From Octopus vulgaris (lineage: Eukaryota): a DNA stretch of 64,000 bases. The notes under the pieces were generated by a model. It saw nothing but the letters and a program-made list of their open reading frames with translations. It did not search any database and was not told the origin of the DNA. Shown here piece after piece: positions 27,102 through 41,420 of this stretch (position 1 is its first letter; each line of letters begins with the position of its first letter). The position numbers were made by a program, and so were the translations under genes. The DNA is taken from assembly GCA_951406725.2 (NCBI GenBank), contig OX597814.1, forward strand, positions 90,892,001 to 90,956,000. The letters are read 5' to 3'.

Positions 27102-30100
27102 CTCGTCGGTTACGTTTATTTTGGCATATGCTAAGAGCTTTCTCAAAATTAATCGTAATTTAGAATTTTGTGCGAATTCTACTGATTAAAGGTTTGTAAT
27201 TGACTTCTCACACTGTAAATATTTGCTAATAGTCTATAGTACATATTTACTGAAAGATATCTGTCGTAGTGCATATTTATAGTAAAATTTGGAAACTAAT
27301 TTTTCTGTGTTGTGTATCTTTTACAACCACAAAAAACTGAATACTTTTGTTATCGTACTTCAGCTCTAAGTAATGTAACATTCTAGCTTATAGAACACCT
27401 CAGTCACACAGGAAATCTGTCGATGAGTAAATACATAGAAACATTGAAATAATGACTACTCAAATACCTCCAGTATTTGCCTTATATTTCAGCTACTGTG
27501 TTATGTTCCCTGATTCGAGGGGAAAAGTTATTTTCTTCTCTTGGACAATTTTGCAAGTAGTTTATTCTCCTTTGAGTGATGACCCGCACACATGTCTAAT
27601 TGAATATGTAATTAGAAAAGTGTGGATGTACTAGACACATTGTCAGTTGCCTGTGTAAATACATGTAAAATATTGCTTTGTACAATGGTAAATTTAAAAC
27701 CACGCACATGTACATCATAATGTGAAACATATATTTATAGAATTATACATTGTAAATATTCTATTATGCATAATTAAATACTTACTTACTTAGCCCTATC
27801 CAGAGATTTTCTTCAAAGCTTTTTGGTGGTTATATAAGCAGCTTGTACAAGTGTATGTACATAACGTTTACTTTATATTGTATTTGAATTTACGTTTCAT
27901 GCAACAATGAACTTTTTGCGGGTTCATTAAAAAAAGCTATATTGAATGTCATGTAAAAGAAAATATGATCTATTTTTACATGAATCTATACATGTTTACA
28001 TATACACAATGCATTTAATAGATTGCAATTTACTTTTGATTTCAGAATGTCTATATGAAGCAAACGTCATAACAGAAATACTTCGAATTTGATTATGGTC
28101 TACGATTCATCAATTAATAGCTATTAAATATACTTTTAACAGACTTATTATTCTGTTTAGCCGAAACCTGTTTCTTTCTATATATTAATGCCTATATATT
28201 ATCATGTTGAAATTATTCTAAACGGTTAGACTCTTATGTACATTTTATGCCAGAGCAGTTAATTAATCTTGCAAATTATTAGAATTATGAACTGGTATTT
28301 ATGATGGTACATTAAGTGTATTCTTTGAACTAGACAATATAATTCATTTATACATCTAATGTAAATGCTATTCATGTATGTCTGGTATAAGAAATATGAA
28401 TATATGAGAGAACAGCAACATGCTACTTATTAAACTTGTAATGATATCGTTTAGGTAAAACGTTGTCTATGAGTTATCGAAGTTACAGAAATAGCAAAGT
28501 GTCTGGTAACATGTTCATTGTATTTAGTTAACGCTTATACGCTCTGAATGCATGCATATATAGAGCATTGTGAAGAAATTAAGGCCACCAGAAGTATTTG
28601 GATAAATTCTGAAGATGTGTTATCATTCGGGGATCGCTCTAGTTACTACATACTTCGTGATGCAGTGAAACCTCTTACAAGTTGCTTTCGTACTCCATAT
28701 TGCACTAAGGGACTCACTAATTTGAAAGTGACAATATATGGGTAAATCAGCGAAAATGTATTGATAACTCACAGTTGTCTTCAAAATTATTTAGTCAATT
28801 GAGAACAAAATATTAGTAGTTTACATTACATTAGTTTCAGGCCTGATGGAAACATCGTTACCGAGTTTCGATAAAGAAAAGTAGGCTACTAACGCTATAA
28901 TAATCATTAACACTACCAACACCATAAACATGTTCCTTCAATGTAGGTACTAAATAATCTAAGTCATTAAACACTGACGAAATGTCTTGCGGTATTTATT
29001 CCGAATTCAAACAACCAACGTAGTATAACAAAACCACGGTTTGAACCTGGGCTATGAGCAGTGGAAAAATTTTCAGGAGAGTTATCAAGTTTGAGGATAC
29101 TTTCCGCTCTCATTTCAAGCAGACTGGGAGATCAAGTAGATAGCATTCGATACTGAACTCATCCTGAATAAATGAAAAAAATCGGTGATTTGAAAACTTT
29201 CAAAATACAGATTTCAGGAACCTTAAGCTCAGTTTTAAAGAGACGATTAAATACACATCAAATGAGTATTATGTATATACTGTTCTATATATAACTTACA
29301 GACTTCTGGAATCACATATCTATCTTGTCACGAGGAGTCACGGTGTGAAGATAAATCATAAAAGATATATAATTCCATTTACATTCAGTAATATTGATGA
29401 AAGCCTTGTAGGTTTCGCTGGTCACTACTATCCTCTGAACACGAGTCCCTATTAGGTGTTATATTTTGAAAATTTCCGCACCATGATAAAATACGAAAAC
29501 CAGTCTGAGCACACCTGCAAAACGTAAACCTAGGACCTACCACGGAAAATGCATGTCTGAGATGCGTGTCGTCAAGAAACACAACTCGGTTGTAGCAATG
29601 TGAAAGAAAAAATAACATCTATAGTTCTAGGATATCACAAACTGTGAAAATATGTTTCAACTATTGATATATAATTCTTGCGAATAATGATATCATCAGT
29701 CGAATACATTTCAATTTATTTCACTCTGATATATGTCAATGTCATAACTAGACTTGTTTTCAGGATAAGCTGAACACAGAAAAGTAGATTATATTGTGTA
29801 ACCAGCTTTTCACATCTCAAAATTTGTAAACTTCAACATCAGTTCATTGACCATCGAAGAGGATTAATATGAGACATTGCGATGTTAATCTTCTTGAAGA
29901 ATCTGATTAAAAAATAAAAACAGATTATGTACATACTACTAAATAATCAAATTTCGAACTCGGTCGATATTTTTGCAACTTTGAGCTAAACATTGTTAGA
30001 ATTATATCCGAGAGTCTAATCTGTCAACTTTCGAAATTTCTGATAATTTGAGTTCTATTACCATTTTATCTTATATCAACGTTAAATTGTATTCTAATAT

Positions 30101-30173
30101 CCTGGAGATGTGTTACGATATTCATATTCTTAAACCTGTAGCTTCTATTTTATTTTTAAATATTTTTCCCTTT

Positions 30174-30219
<46 letters not shown>

Positions 30220-30442
30220 GATGTTTGTCTATGTGAGAAAACATTATTGTATGTCAACGAGGATGGATTCACAAAACACGTATGCACACACCGAATCAAA
30301 GAAGGCTATATTCTGTCTCTTCTTTCGGGATATCAGAATACGTGAGTATGCGTGCATAGACTTACGCACGTATATACGAAAATACATACTTAATATGTAT
30401 GTGTGTGCGTATTTATACACACATATATATATATATATACAT

Positions 30443-30491
<49 letters not shown>

Positions 30492-30495
30492 TATG

Positions 30496-30545
<50 letters not shown>

Positions 30546-30559
30546 CATACTCAAAATAG

Positions 30560-30970
30560 AATAAGTAACAAGAATATCTCCGGTAATTTGCTACGATCGT
30601 TTCACGCTACATCATTTTATTAAATATTGTAAATATTACGGCAGTTTTAAAAGGTTGAGCAATCATCAGCCATTTACAGAGGTTTTCCATTAATACATAA
30701 TGTTCATATTAATTGATAACATTATAGAGAAGGTAGATATATAGACGAAGGTGTCGATTTGAATTTAAAGAACATTAAGGTATTTGAATCTAAATTTTGC
30801 TGAAATTATATATATTGTAAGTATTACAACAGTTTTAAAATGTTGAGCTCTCATCTGCCATTTACAGAGGTTTTCCATTAATATATAATTTTTATATTAA
30901 TTGATAACATTATAGAGAAGGTAGATGTATAGACAAAGATGTCGATTTGAATTTTAAGAACATAAAGGTA
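30560..30970 (-). mobile_element. Tandem partial terminal repeats (~188 bp period), PLE-type, between TA tracts
   Basis: 30623-30783 and 30812-30970 are direct repeats. The first copy carries a hammerhead core on the minus strand. Confidence 0.75.
30583..30677 (-). ncRNA. Decayed type I hammerhead motif
   Basis: Minus strand: CTGATGA-TTGCT...AGCGT-GAAA-CGATCG-TA. It has a perfect palindromic stem III (ACGAUCGU) and a GUA site, but stems I and II are imperfect. Confidence 0.6.
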
Positions 30971-31035
30971 TATATATATATATATATATATACATACACA
31001 TATGCATATATATACATAAATATATAAGTACATTT

Positions 31036-31090
<55 letters not shown>

Positions 31091-32326
31091 CTGTGTCTGT
31101 GTGTGTATGTATGTATGTATGTATGTATGTATAAATGCTTATAAATACAGTAGAACTTCGCAGTACGAGTGCACCCTTGTACGAGCTAGTTTCATACAAG
31201 CGACCCCTCTTGTTACATGACACGTTGAATATATAGAAACGGTAAAATTGGTAAGAGTGCATATGATAATTTTAAAAACTGTATTTCCTATCTTGATTTA
31301 TTTGTGGATAACTATAACATTTAGCCTTTGCGTTTAACCTACTTGTCGTAAAGTACCGTATTTATAACAATTCCGAATCATGCCAGGCAGATATTTGTAT
31401 GTTATCACTATGAAGTCCACAATAGTACGTATTAAATTTATACCATGAAATGGTATACGTTTCGTACACTAACAATGTTCCGCATTCTTATTTTTGATGC
31501 TTAGTGAATATTCGAGGCTTGAAAAGTATCTTCATATTTCATAGCCATTTCCTATTTTAGGCTATATTTTCAAAATACATTTATTTATCTTTATTCCCGT
31601 GGTTTCATATATTCTGATTATTGTGTATTGATTGCCTCATAATCATTTTGAATCTGTATATGTAATTTTGAAATAATAAGGTGGTGTATGATATATTGAT
31701 GACAGAAAATTTGTGTATACTTACATTAATCTAATTCTGAATATACGAAGCATGAAACTCATGATACACAAAATGATCCATTAATATCTCCAACTATTTC
31801 ACCCCAAACCCCACAAATTTATGATAAGTAATCATTACTCCGCATATGTGTTGAAATAAATATTTAAATAATTACCAACCTATCGATTATATTGATTTAC
31901 TGCAATTCTTTGAAGTGAATTCATTCCCATTCTTTTAAATGTAAATACCTTAAGATATCCGTATGACGTACTGTCTGTGAGATTGAAGTATATTCATGTA
32001 ATTTCAGAAAAAGTGTTTTTCCAAACATTTACAAAAAATTCATTTATAATTTATCATTTTGTACCCATTTCGATAAATATTTTATCAAGTGCATTGAATT
32101 TTGTGCAATAATTTCACCGTTTAATCTTCTATAATGACATCTAATTTAGTTTCAGTATATTATTATCTACTTAATTCAATATTTTAAGCAAATTATCTCA
32201 TGGAAGTCTAATTCGGTTTAGCTATGTAATTATATATTTCTTAAAATCCACAGTCAGCTATATTTAAAAGACAGCTACTGTATAACTTAAGCTCTAATGA
32301 TTCGCAACAGTAAAACAAGTTATTTA

Positions 32327-32416
<90 letters not shown>

Positions 32417-32418
<2 letters not shown>

Positions 32419-33503
32419 GCGCATGAGTGGTTGTGTGGTAAGTAGCCTTGTAAGTGGATTTGGTAGAGGGAAAGTGAAATAAGCCTGTCGTACATATATA
32501 TATACTAGCATTAAAGACCCGTCGTTGCCGCGTCATAGTGCTAGTACATGTATATATGTGTATATATATATGTGTACATAGTACATGTACATCTATATAT
32601 ATATATATACATCTGCACATAAAATACGAAATACAAAGTTATATCTCATCGCTAGTGATAACAATACTCAAAACATATAACAGACTGGAATTGTTAGCCC
32701 GTCTCTTCTAATTTCGATCACTTGTATCTTGTCCTCCCTTTTGTATAGAAGTGTGGCTACAATCCAGCCTACCTCTACTTCTGGGTGGGGGTTCTCTCTT
32801 TAATTTTTTTTCGGGACGTCTTACGTTCCAGATATTTGGGTATAAATAAAATATTTCCACTTTGCAAGTTCGAGTCGAGTACTCCCTTGCACGCTCCGTT
32901 AACTCGAACCTTGCTTCTATTGTGGCGAATTTACCGCCTGTGATTAGATACCTTTCATAGTCGCACCAAGACACTTTTCGAAGGTGCTTTCCCCCATGTG
33001 TTCAAATCTTTTTTCTCTACATTGTATACTTTATAGACAATAGTCTTTTCTTTATTTTAATTTTTTATTATCCATCTGGACTATTCCATTTCTGCACGCT
33101 AATTTTATTTTTAATTTATTCCCATTCATGTGAAACCACTTATTCAAGTTCAAGTCATTGATGCAATTTTATACCAATTGCTATTTTTACTTTTGTTATG
33201 CTACGATTATATTATACTTTAGTTTGATTTTAATTATTACTTGCTACATAAAATTCAATTGTTATTATTATTTTTATTGTTAAAGTGAAAGTATCTGACA
33301 TAAAATAGAGAAACCTTTTTTGCCCATGAAACTACCTGGACCCTAAGTAAGGCATGTGTAAAATTTGAATGAAATTGGTTGTGTAGTTCTCAAGTTTTAG
33401 GGAAACACACAGACAGACACACATTCTCAGTTTTATATATATAGCGATATGTGTGTGTGTGTGTTTGTCTCCCCAACATCGCTTGACAACCGATGCTGGT
33501 GTA
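32417..33503 (+). mobile_element. SINE family B copy (internally deleted head 32417-32492, tail start 33450-33503) split by an insertion
   Basis: Head GGCGCATGAGTGGTTGTGTGGTAAG..GTGGATTTGGTAGAGGGAAAGTGAAATAAGCCTGTCG; continuation GTTTGTCTCCCCAACATCGCTTGACAACCGATGCTGGTGT. Confidence 0.8.
32504..33448 (+). mobile_element. Non-autonomous Helitron/Helentron-like element
   Basis: Begins ACTAG..ACCCGTCG and ends AAAATTTGAATGAAATTGGTTGTGTAGTT..(ACAG) repeats..TTTTATATATATAG. This layout is recalled from Lep1/HINE-type rolling-circle elements. It lies inside the SINE microsatellite. Confidence 0.6.
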
Positions 33504-33504
33504 G

Positions 33505-33925
33505 TTAAATCAGATGAGAATCATATGTTGAACACGATCGATATTTTCCTCAGTGGTGGCAGTTCATGGGTGCCCAGATAAGGGATCATCTTCAAGACTC
33601 TGTTTCCCTTCTAATTTCAGCTGCCCACTTTTGCACTGTTGAGAAAACTCAAGCATCATCCTCTAATGTAGCAATCATATTAGGATGAATTTACTTGAAG
33701 CCTGAAGCGTTTTTCCTGCAGGTGTATTTGATAATATCACGATATCATATTTTGTCCATTTTCAAGAGAAGTCGCTTCTAGTTACTTCTGATGTCTTCCT
33801 TGAACAGTCCGATGTCAGTTTACCCGGAAAGAAACAAAGCAGAATTTATTATAATAAGACCTGTCGAAATTAATGAATGCATGACTTCAAAGCTCTAGCG
33901 TCACTATTTCAGCCCACCTTCCTAG
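33505..33925 (-). mobile_element. Mariner 5' fragment (transposase HTH pseudogene)
   Basis: From ATG at ~33759: MDKI*YRDIIKY..IHPNMIATLEDDA*VFSTVQKWAAE..SLEDDPLSGHP*TATTEENIDRVQHMI. Confidence 0.88.
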
Positions 33926-35049
33926 TGTTCGGGTCTAATTGAAACTTAAAATAAATTTTACAACTATTCACTTCGGATGGTAGAGAGACGGAGAACGATA
34001 CTAATTTTGGATTTTGACAAATAAATACAATTGGAAAGATATTTTCTATTTACCTAGAATTACATCATTCGAAAAAACCAGCTATTATTTAGCGAGTATT
34101 ATTAATAAGAACATGTAGAGAAATGGGAAGGATGTTGCAGACTGTATGATACATGATGTGTTCATTCAAAGAGTAAAAACATAACAATAACAGAAATATG
34201 TATATTACGAGATAAACTTTACCATGAAATTGTCTCTTAATATTTATGAGGAATAGGCACCGGCATTACCATCAATAATATTGACGATATTATTACCTTG
34301 TCAGTGAATGTTTTCGTGTCCCACAATAGACAACTGGTCGGCGCTGACTTAACTATCAGATATATACAATTGTTACTTTCACCATTCACATAACCACAAA
34401 CTTTAAACGTGCCCAAACAAATCCCTGATATGTGCTCTATAGTGGTTACCCAATGAAATGCCCAGCTCTTAAATATATTAAGACATTTCAAAACACATTT
34501 CCAAACCTATATTAAATTGTGGTTTTTGTAAGAGGAAAACAAAATCTAGAAGAAGAAATGAAGACGGTTACTGTTTGTGAGACATCACCAAGAACAATTC
34601 TAATGGCATTGGAAATTATGGCCCCCATCTACATTGTCAAGAGGGATCCAAGGAGAAGAGAAATTCCTTCTGTCATCCACTACCGCAGTAACAATTAAGA
34701 ATAGAAAAAAACTTCGAAGATACCCTTTACTCCTACAAAATCAATGGTATACAACAGCTTAGTGCCCGCATTTACAAGAATGTAGCTATATCCATGCGAC
34801 TAGAGATAGTCCAAGTAAGACTGACAAACTTTGATGAGAATGTGAAAGTATTTAAAAGTAAAAACGTATATTAAACGTGAAGAGGAGGGAAAAATGCATC
34901 TTCCGTAAAACGGAGCTACGTTTATGAAAAGGATACCGTATCCTTTAGATTTCGGATTAATGATAGTTGTTGCCAACTATACCATTGTATATTACTGTAT
35001 GATAATAGCCAACTTATAATAGTGAGGCCATAGTATTTATGCCAGCGTA

Positions 35050-35698
35050 GAGGTGCCAAAGCGATTATCTGTTACGATGCAAGCATTGATAGGGATGATG
35101 ATAATGAGGAGGAAGATAATGAAGGTCTTGAGTAATGATAGAAATACTAGTGACGTTGATTATAATGGAGGTGATGGCAGCATCGAAAGTGGTGAGGATG
35201 AACTGGAAGTTTCTGGTGGTAATGATGATGAGCGAATTATGATGAAGACGATTGCGGCAGACGAGGTCAAGATAATTTTTGTGTAGGGTGAAGAAGTGTG
35301 GGTGAAATAAATGATAAACATAGTACTGAAATGACGCTAGCAAAGTGTGGTGGTGGTAATGGTGGTGGAGATGAAGTTAATCATATAGTCGACCAATATA
35401 ATAATGTTTGTGATAGGCTGTAAATAGTAGGGTGTTGGGGGTAGTGATGGTGATGATGATTATGATGATGATGAATATGATGATGATGATGGTGATGATG
35501 ATGATGATGATGATGATGTTGATGATGATGATGATGTTGATGATGATGATGAGGAGGAGGAGGAGGATACTGGTGTTGATGACGACGACGATGAGGTTTA
35601 AGATGATAACAATGCTACTGCTGATGTTGATGATGAGGTTCACTATGATCATTATGACGAGGTTGACGGTGACGAAGGCGATAATGATGGCGACGATG

Positions 35699-35738
<40 letters not shown>

Positions 35739-35835
35739 CGACGACGACGACGCTGCTGCTGATTTTGATAATGATCACGACGATCATGCTGATGACAATT
35801 AACGTCGACGGCGACAAGAACGACGAAGACGACGT

Positions 35836-35883
<48 letters not shown>

Positions 35884-35885
35884 GA

Positions 35886-35936
<51 letters not shown>

Positions 35937-36306
35937 TTGATGATGATGATGATGATGATGAATGACTAAGATGTACAAATGTGACTGTTTGCTATGATAA
36001 TAGTAGCGATATTGACTATGAGAATCAGTATGGTTTACTCTAAGCAGATAAAAATAAACACGCCTTGAGTTAAGCAGTCTGTACCGGCATAGAAGGCTGT
36101 CAATCGCACAGTCGCACACTAATGCGCATATATGTGTTCGTAAATGCACTTGCCGGCACGCATACAGGCGTAAACACTTACATTAGAGTGGTAGAGGCTA
36201 ATGTTGTTGGTAATTGAAATTTCAATACTGACAGCGAATATAACTGCAGAGTTATTGATAACAGCGGTCGCGGCAGGGGTGGTGGTGGTGGTGGTGATGA
36301 AGATAT

Positions 36307-36347
<41 letters not shown>

Positions 36348-36590
36348 TTGATGATGATGATGATGATATAATGACGTCGACGACGACGACGACGACGATG
36401 ATGATGACGTCGACGATGACGAGGCAGATGATAACGGTGAGGATGATGAGGATGATGATGATGATGATGATGAGGAGGAGGAGGAGGAGGAGGATGAGGA
36501 TAATGATGATGATGATAATGATGAAAACAATGATGGTGATAATGATGAAAATGAAGACAATGATGATGATGATGATGATGATGATGATGT

Positions 36591-36634
<44 letters not shown>

Positions 36635-36658
36635 TAAATGATGATGATGATGATGAAA

Positions 36659-36702
<44 letters not shown>

Positions 36703-36840
36703 AATGATGACAATGCTGATGATGGTGATGATGATGATGATGATGTTCTTGATAATGATGATGACAATGAGAATGACGACGACTGCGACGACAACGCTGA
36801 CGACGACGAGGCTGATGATGACAGCGATAGTGATGATATT
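35050..36840. repeat. Large compound (GAT/GAC/GAG/GGT)n trinucleotide repeat field
   Basis: Read directly. It produces the poly-M/D/H/S/I ORFs. Confidence 0.95.
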
Positions 36841-37007
36841 TCACATACATTAAGAAACAATATTCTGAAAACTAAATTTTTTTAATTATGATTCCTAAGT
36901 AAACATGAATATAAAAACACTTATCATATGGCTACAAGGCCTCCCTCACTCAATAAGGGAAGACTCCAGGAACCTTGTTGTGAGGCAAATATAACATGTC
37001 ACACTTT

Positions 37008-37410
37008 AAGACAGTGAGCTGGCAGAAACGTTATCATGGCGGGCGAAATGCTTAGCGATATTTCGTCTGCCATTACGTTCTGAGTTCAAATTCCGCCGGG
37101 GTCGACTTTGCCTTTCAACATTTCGGGGTCGATTAAATAAGTACCATTTACGCACTGGGGTCGATCTGATCGACTTAATCCGTTCGTCTGTCCTTGTTTG
37201 TCCTCTCTGTGTTTAGCCCCTTGTGGGTAGTAAAGAAATAGGTATTTCGTCTGTCTTTATGTTCTGAGTTCAAATTCCGCTGAAGGCGATTTTCATCATT
37301 TCGGATTCGATAAATTAAGTACAAGTTGTGTACTGGAAAAAAATCTAATCGACTGGCCCTCTCCCCAAACATTTTGGGCCGTGTGCCTAGAGTATAAAAG
37401 AATATAAGAT
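37008..37410 (+). mobile_element. SINE family A, best-preserved copy plus a second partial monomer
   Basis: GAGCTGGCAGAAACGTTA (A-box-like), GAGTTCAAATTCC (B-box), core GGTCGACTTTGCCTTTCAACATTTCGGGGTCGATTAAATAAGTACC; repeated from ~37245. Confidence 0.88.
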
Positions 37411-37661
37411 CTCGCAATTACACACAAAATTAGTCGCCTGGTTCGCATAGATGTAGCTAAAGGAAGCGATTACGTCGTACTTCAGTAATTCAGTACAATG
37501 CTCACACACATACCCATACATATATTTATGTGCGTGTATGTGTGTGTGTATGTATATATATAGATAAATACATATATATCTACATACATATAAAGTATCT
37601 GTTGTGTGTATATATACATACACACATATGCATATAAATAGATATATATATAAGTAGTAGT

Positions 37662-37702
<41 letters not shown>

Positions 37703-37764
37703 CATGTGTATATACATATATATAAAAATATATACATACATACATACATACATACATACATACA

Positions 37765-37824
<60 letters not shown>

Positions 37825-39059
37825 AATATAAGTGACAGTGCGCGTATATATTGTTTGATGTGGAATGAAATACAAAATAGAGAAATGATAAGCTGTAGTG
37901 CTTATGTAATATAATATGAATGCCATGGAAATGAATCAACATTGATAATTCTTCATAGAAATATATAAGAGCATCCACACAATATGAAATAATGAGACAT
38001 ATAATAAATGAAAATAATAAATAATAATAAAGTATATGCGAAGCAATCTGTGCTCATGTACGTGCATTCGTGCTTCAAATCACAAATTTACCTAAATCCA
38101 ACTATACAAATGTGTGCACTCGTTCAGTGTGAACATTAACGAACACAAACAGGTGCATCAGTGAGTGTTTGTGAATGTGTGTGTGTGTGTGTGTGTGTTT
38201 GCGAGTGTGCTTGTTTGTAAATATATGTAGTAGGAAGTTGATGAGAGGAAATCAAGTGACAAGTGTATACATTTCTAGTGTGAATTATCGTCGGGGAAAT
38301 GGGTGAATGCAAAATGGTTACGATTATTTAATCACTGACTGTTCATGGATGAAGAAAAAAAAAATAAAGTAAATGAAAAATGGACGCAACGGTTCTTCAT
38401 AGGTAAAAATCAATGGTGGATAATTTTATGGTTGTAAAAATGTTAACCGTTGGGGAAATTAGAAGCTGTAGAGTTTATAACACGACAAAACGTATTTCAA
38501 TAAATCTGTTCCATATAGATTATCTTTGGAGAAGAGGATTTCCGAATTTATTTACTAAAATCGTTGCAGCTTGCTCTTTCGGGTATCAGATTTTACTCTG
38601 AATAATATATTATTTTAGCGGTTGTTTGTAATATATTTCTGCTTTATGTCATGGATTGATTCCATGCACTGGAATGTCTAAAAGGAATAACGAGTGAATA
38701 GGTTCTTAATAGAAATGGGTTATAGTGCGTGCCTGATATCAGTTATATGCAGTATTGGTGTAAAAGTCTTGTGAATATTTTTAGCTAAGTGGTTGTATGT
38801 GTAGAAAAAAAAATTGGCTTCGTGCTATAGAAGGATCACCATAAAGTGTGTTTATTGAATTCACCGAGTTTACAGGGATTAGATATGGAAATTTTAGGCC
38901 TGCATATATATGAAATTTTGATGGAAAATTTACTTAACAATTTTACACTTTTAAAGTTGGGAGAGAAAGTGTTTTTTACGTAAAATAAACAAGTTCGATC
39001 CAGTGTGAACACAAACCATATAAACATTTAATTACCATTCGTGCAATGTTTCTTGGTTA

Positions 39060-39120
<61 letters not shown>

Positions 39121-39454
39121 AAGTAAATTTGGAAGGTACCGCACGACTGTAAATAAATTGGAAAGAGGTTTCTAAAAGTGCAGAAGTCTTTTAAAGATAC
39201 TCATTGCCTTGACCGGTTTCACAGTTAAAAAACAAAGATTTTCAAAAGTAAAATGTAAAGGATTATGTAGCCTTTGTGATATTAAAAACTGGTTAACATA
39301 GTTGTATTAAGATACCGGTGATAGTGTTTTTGACAATGATAAGAAAATATTATGAGGGGCTTTGTATTTAAACAGTTTACATAAAAGTTTTCACAGTAGG
39401 TAATAAAATGAATTCATAATTATTTATGATAATAAGCATATTATGTTTACTCTT

Positions 39455-39666
39455 TTACTTTTATGCTTGTTTCAGTCATTTGTCAGTGGCCATGCTGGTG
39501 TACCGCCTTTAGTCGAGGTAATCGACCCCAGGACATGTTCTTTGTAAGCCTACTACTTATTCTATCGGCTTCTTTTGCCGAAGCGCTAAGATACGGGGAT
39601 GTAAACACACTAGCATCGGTTGTCAAGCGATGTTGGGTGACAAACATAGACACAAACACACACACA

Positions 39667-39734
<68 letters not shown>

Positions 39735-39881
39735 CATACATATATACGACGGGCTTCTTTCAGTTTCCGTCTACCAAATCCACTCACAAGACTTTGGTCG
39801 CCCCGAGGCTATAGCAGAAGACACTTGCCCAAGCTGCCACGCAGTGGGACTGAACCCGGAACCTTATGGTTCGTAAGCAAG
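39455..39881 (-). mobile_element. SINE family B, near full length, inserted in the preceding element
   Basis: ACGACGGGCTTCTTTCAGTTTCCGTCTACCAAATCCACTCACAAG..GGGACTGAACCC, an internal (CA)n and the family tail. Confidence 0.9.
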
Positions 39882-40197
39882 ACAGAAATAATTTATAGAT
39901 AGTATTTGATAGGAGAAAGCGTGTATTGCTTAGTCAAAACTTCATCAGAAATCATATTTGAGCATTAAAACAGAATTTTAGGAGAATGACCAACCGTTTT
40001 CCTTCATCTTCAGTCATGTATCCGTGTTTGGCAAGAATGGTTGATATTTTTAGAAATAGTGTAGGAGGTTGGTTGGTGGGGAAAGCATTCAAATGATCTG
40101 ATTTGGAATAGTTTTTGGAATCAAAAGGATTTTTTTTGTTTCTGGGCTAGTCTGTCATGGTTCAGTGGTTTTGGGACTTGTCTTATTGGTTAAGATT

Positions 40198-41420
40198 GTG
40201 TGTGTGTGTGTGTGTGTGCACACACTGTTCTATGTGTGTGTATATATGTGTGCTTGTGTATGGGTGTGGGGATAATTTTGATTGGTCTTAGAGTTCAGTG
40301 TGGGTATGGGTGTGTATGGCTCTGTGTATGTGTGTGTTTTATATTTAGCAGTGTGGTGTGTGTATATGTGTGCATTTTTATTTGTCAGGGCACTGTGTGT
40401 GTGTCTCTTTGTATATTTGTAGTGTTATAATTGTCCAGTTGGTGTGTGTGTGTGTGTGCATACGTATGTGCGTGTAGCGGTGCATATGTATGAATGTGTG
40501 TGTGTTGTATTTGTCAGGGGCTAAGTGTGTGTTTGTGTCTTTTGTTTATCAGGGTGGTGTGTATGTGTGTGCGACTGTGTGCGTGTTTGTATTGAATAGG
40601 TGTTTGTGTGTGTGTATGTATGTGGGTGTCGCTTATGTAGTTTTCGGGTTTGTGTGCGTGTGTGTGCTATATTTGTTGTGGCGAAGTGTATGTATGTACC
40701 TGTGTATGCGCGCGCGTGTGTGTACTGTATTTGTTGTGGCGATGTGTGTGTGTAGGTGTGCATGCGTGTATGTGTGTACATTATTTTTCTGTGTGGTGTG
40801 TGCATATGTTTGGGTGTGCTTTTGTGAGTGTTTTATTTTTATTGTTTGTGCAGTGTATGTATACGTGTGAGTGTGTATTATTTTGTGCGTGTACGTTCTT
40901 GTGTGTGTATGTGTGTGTACCTGTGAGTGTTTGTTCTGCTCGTTGGAATTGTATTGCGTGTGTATATGTGTGTGTGTGTTTTTCTTTCAGTGTATGTGTT
41001 TTTTTTACTGAGGAATGGACATATTGTGTTTGTGTGTATATATACGTGTGTGTGTGTGGGGGGGGGGGGGTTATATTTGTGTGTATTTGTGTGTGTATCT
41101 GTGTATGTGTGGGTGTTTTTTGTGTGAGTGTATCTTGTAATTGTCAGAGCCGTGTGTGTAAGAGTGTGCACGTCTGTGTTGTGTTTATCCATGTGTGTAT
41201 GTGAGTGTGTGCCTGTGAGTATTTGCTGTGATTGCTAGACTCGTGTCGCATATGTGTTTGTGCTCGATAGAGGGGATATTGTGTTTGTGCGAGTGTGTGT
41301 ACATGTATGCGTGTGTTGGCGGTTGCATTGTATTTGTACGTGTGCTCCTACATGTATCTGTGTGTTTCTTGTGGATGTATTCATACACGAGGGGTAGGGG
41401 TATTGTGTTTATGTGTCGGC
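40198..41420. repeat. Degenerate (GT)-rich low-complexity tract
   Basis: Read directly. Confidence 0.9.

Noticed and set aside
35377-36860. Long poly-Asp/His/Met/Ser ORFs (possible acidic or His-rich matrix protein)
   Set aside because: Several frames on both strands are open, repeat phase shifts freely and stops interrupt the Asp frame, consistent with a neutral (GAT)n field.
39985-40017. Minus-strand CTGAAGA..GAAA..GTC
   Set aside because: There is no stem II and the stem I register does not fit.
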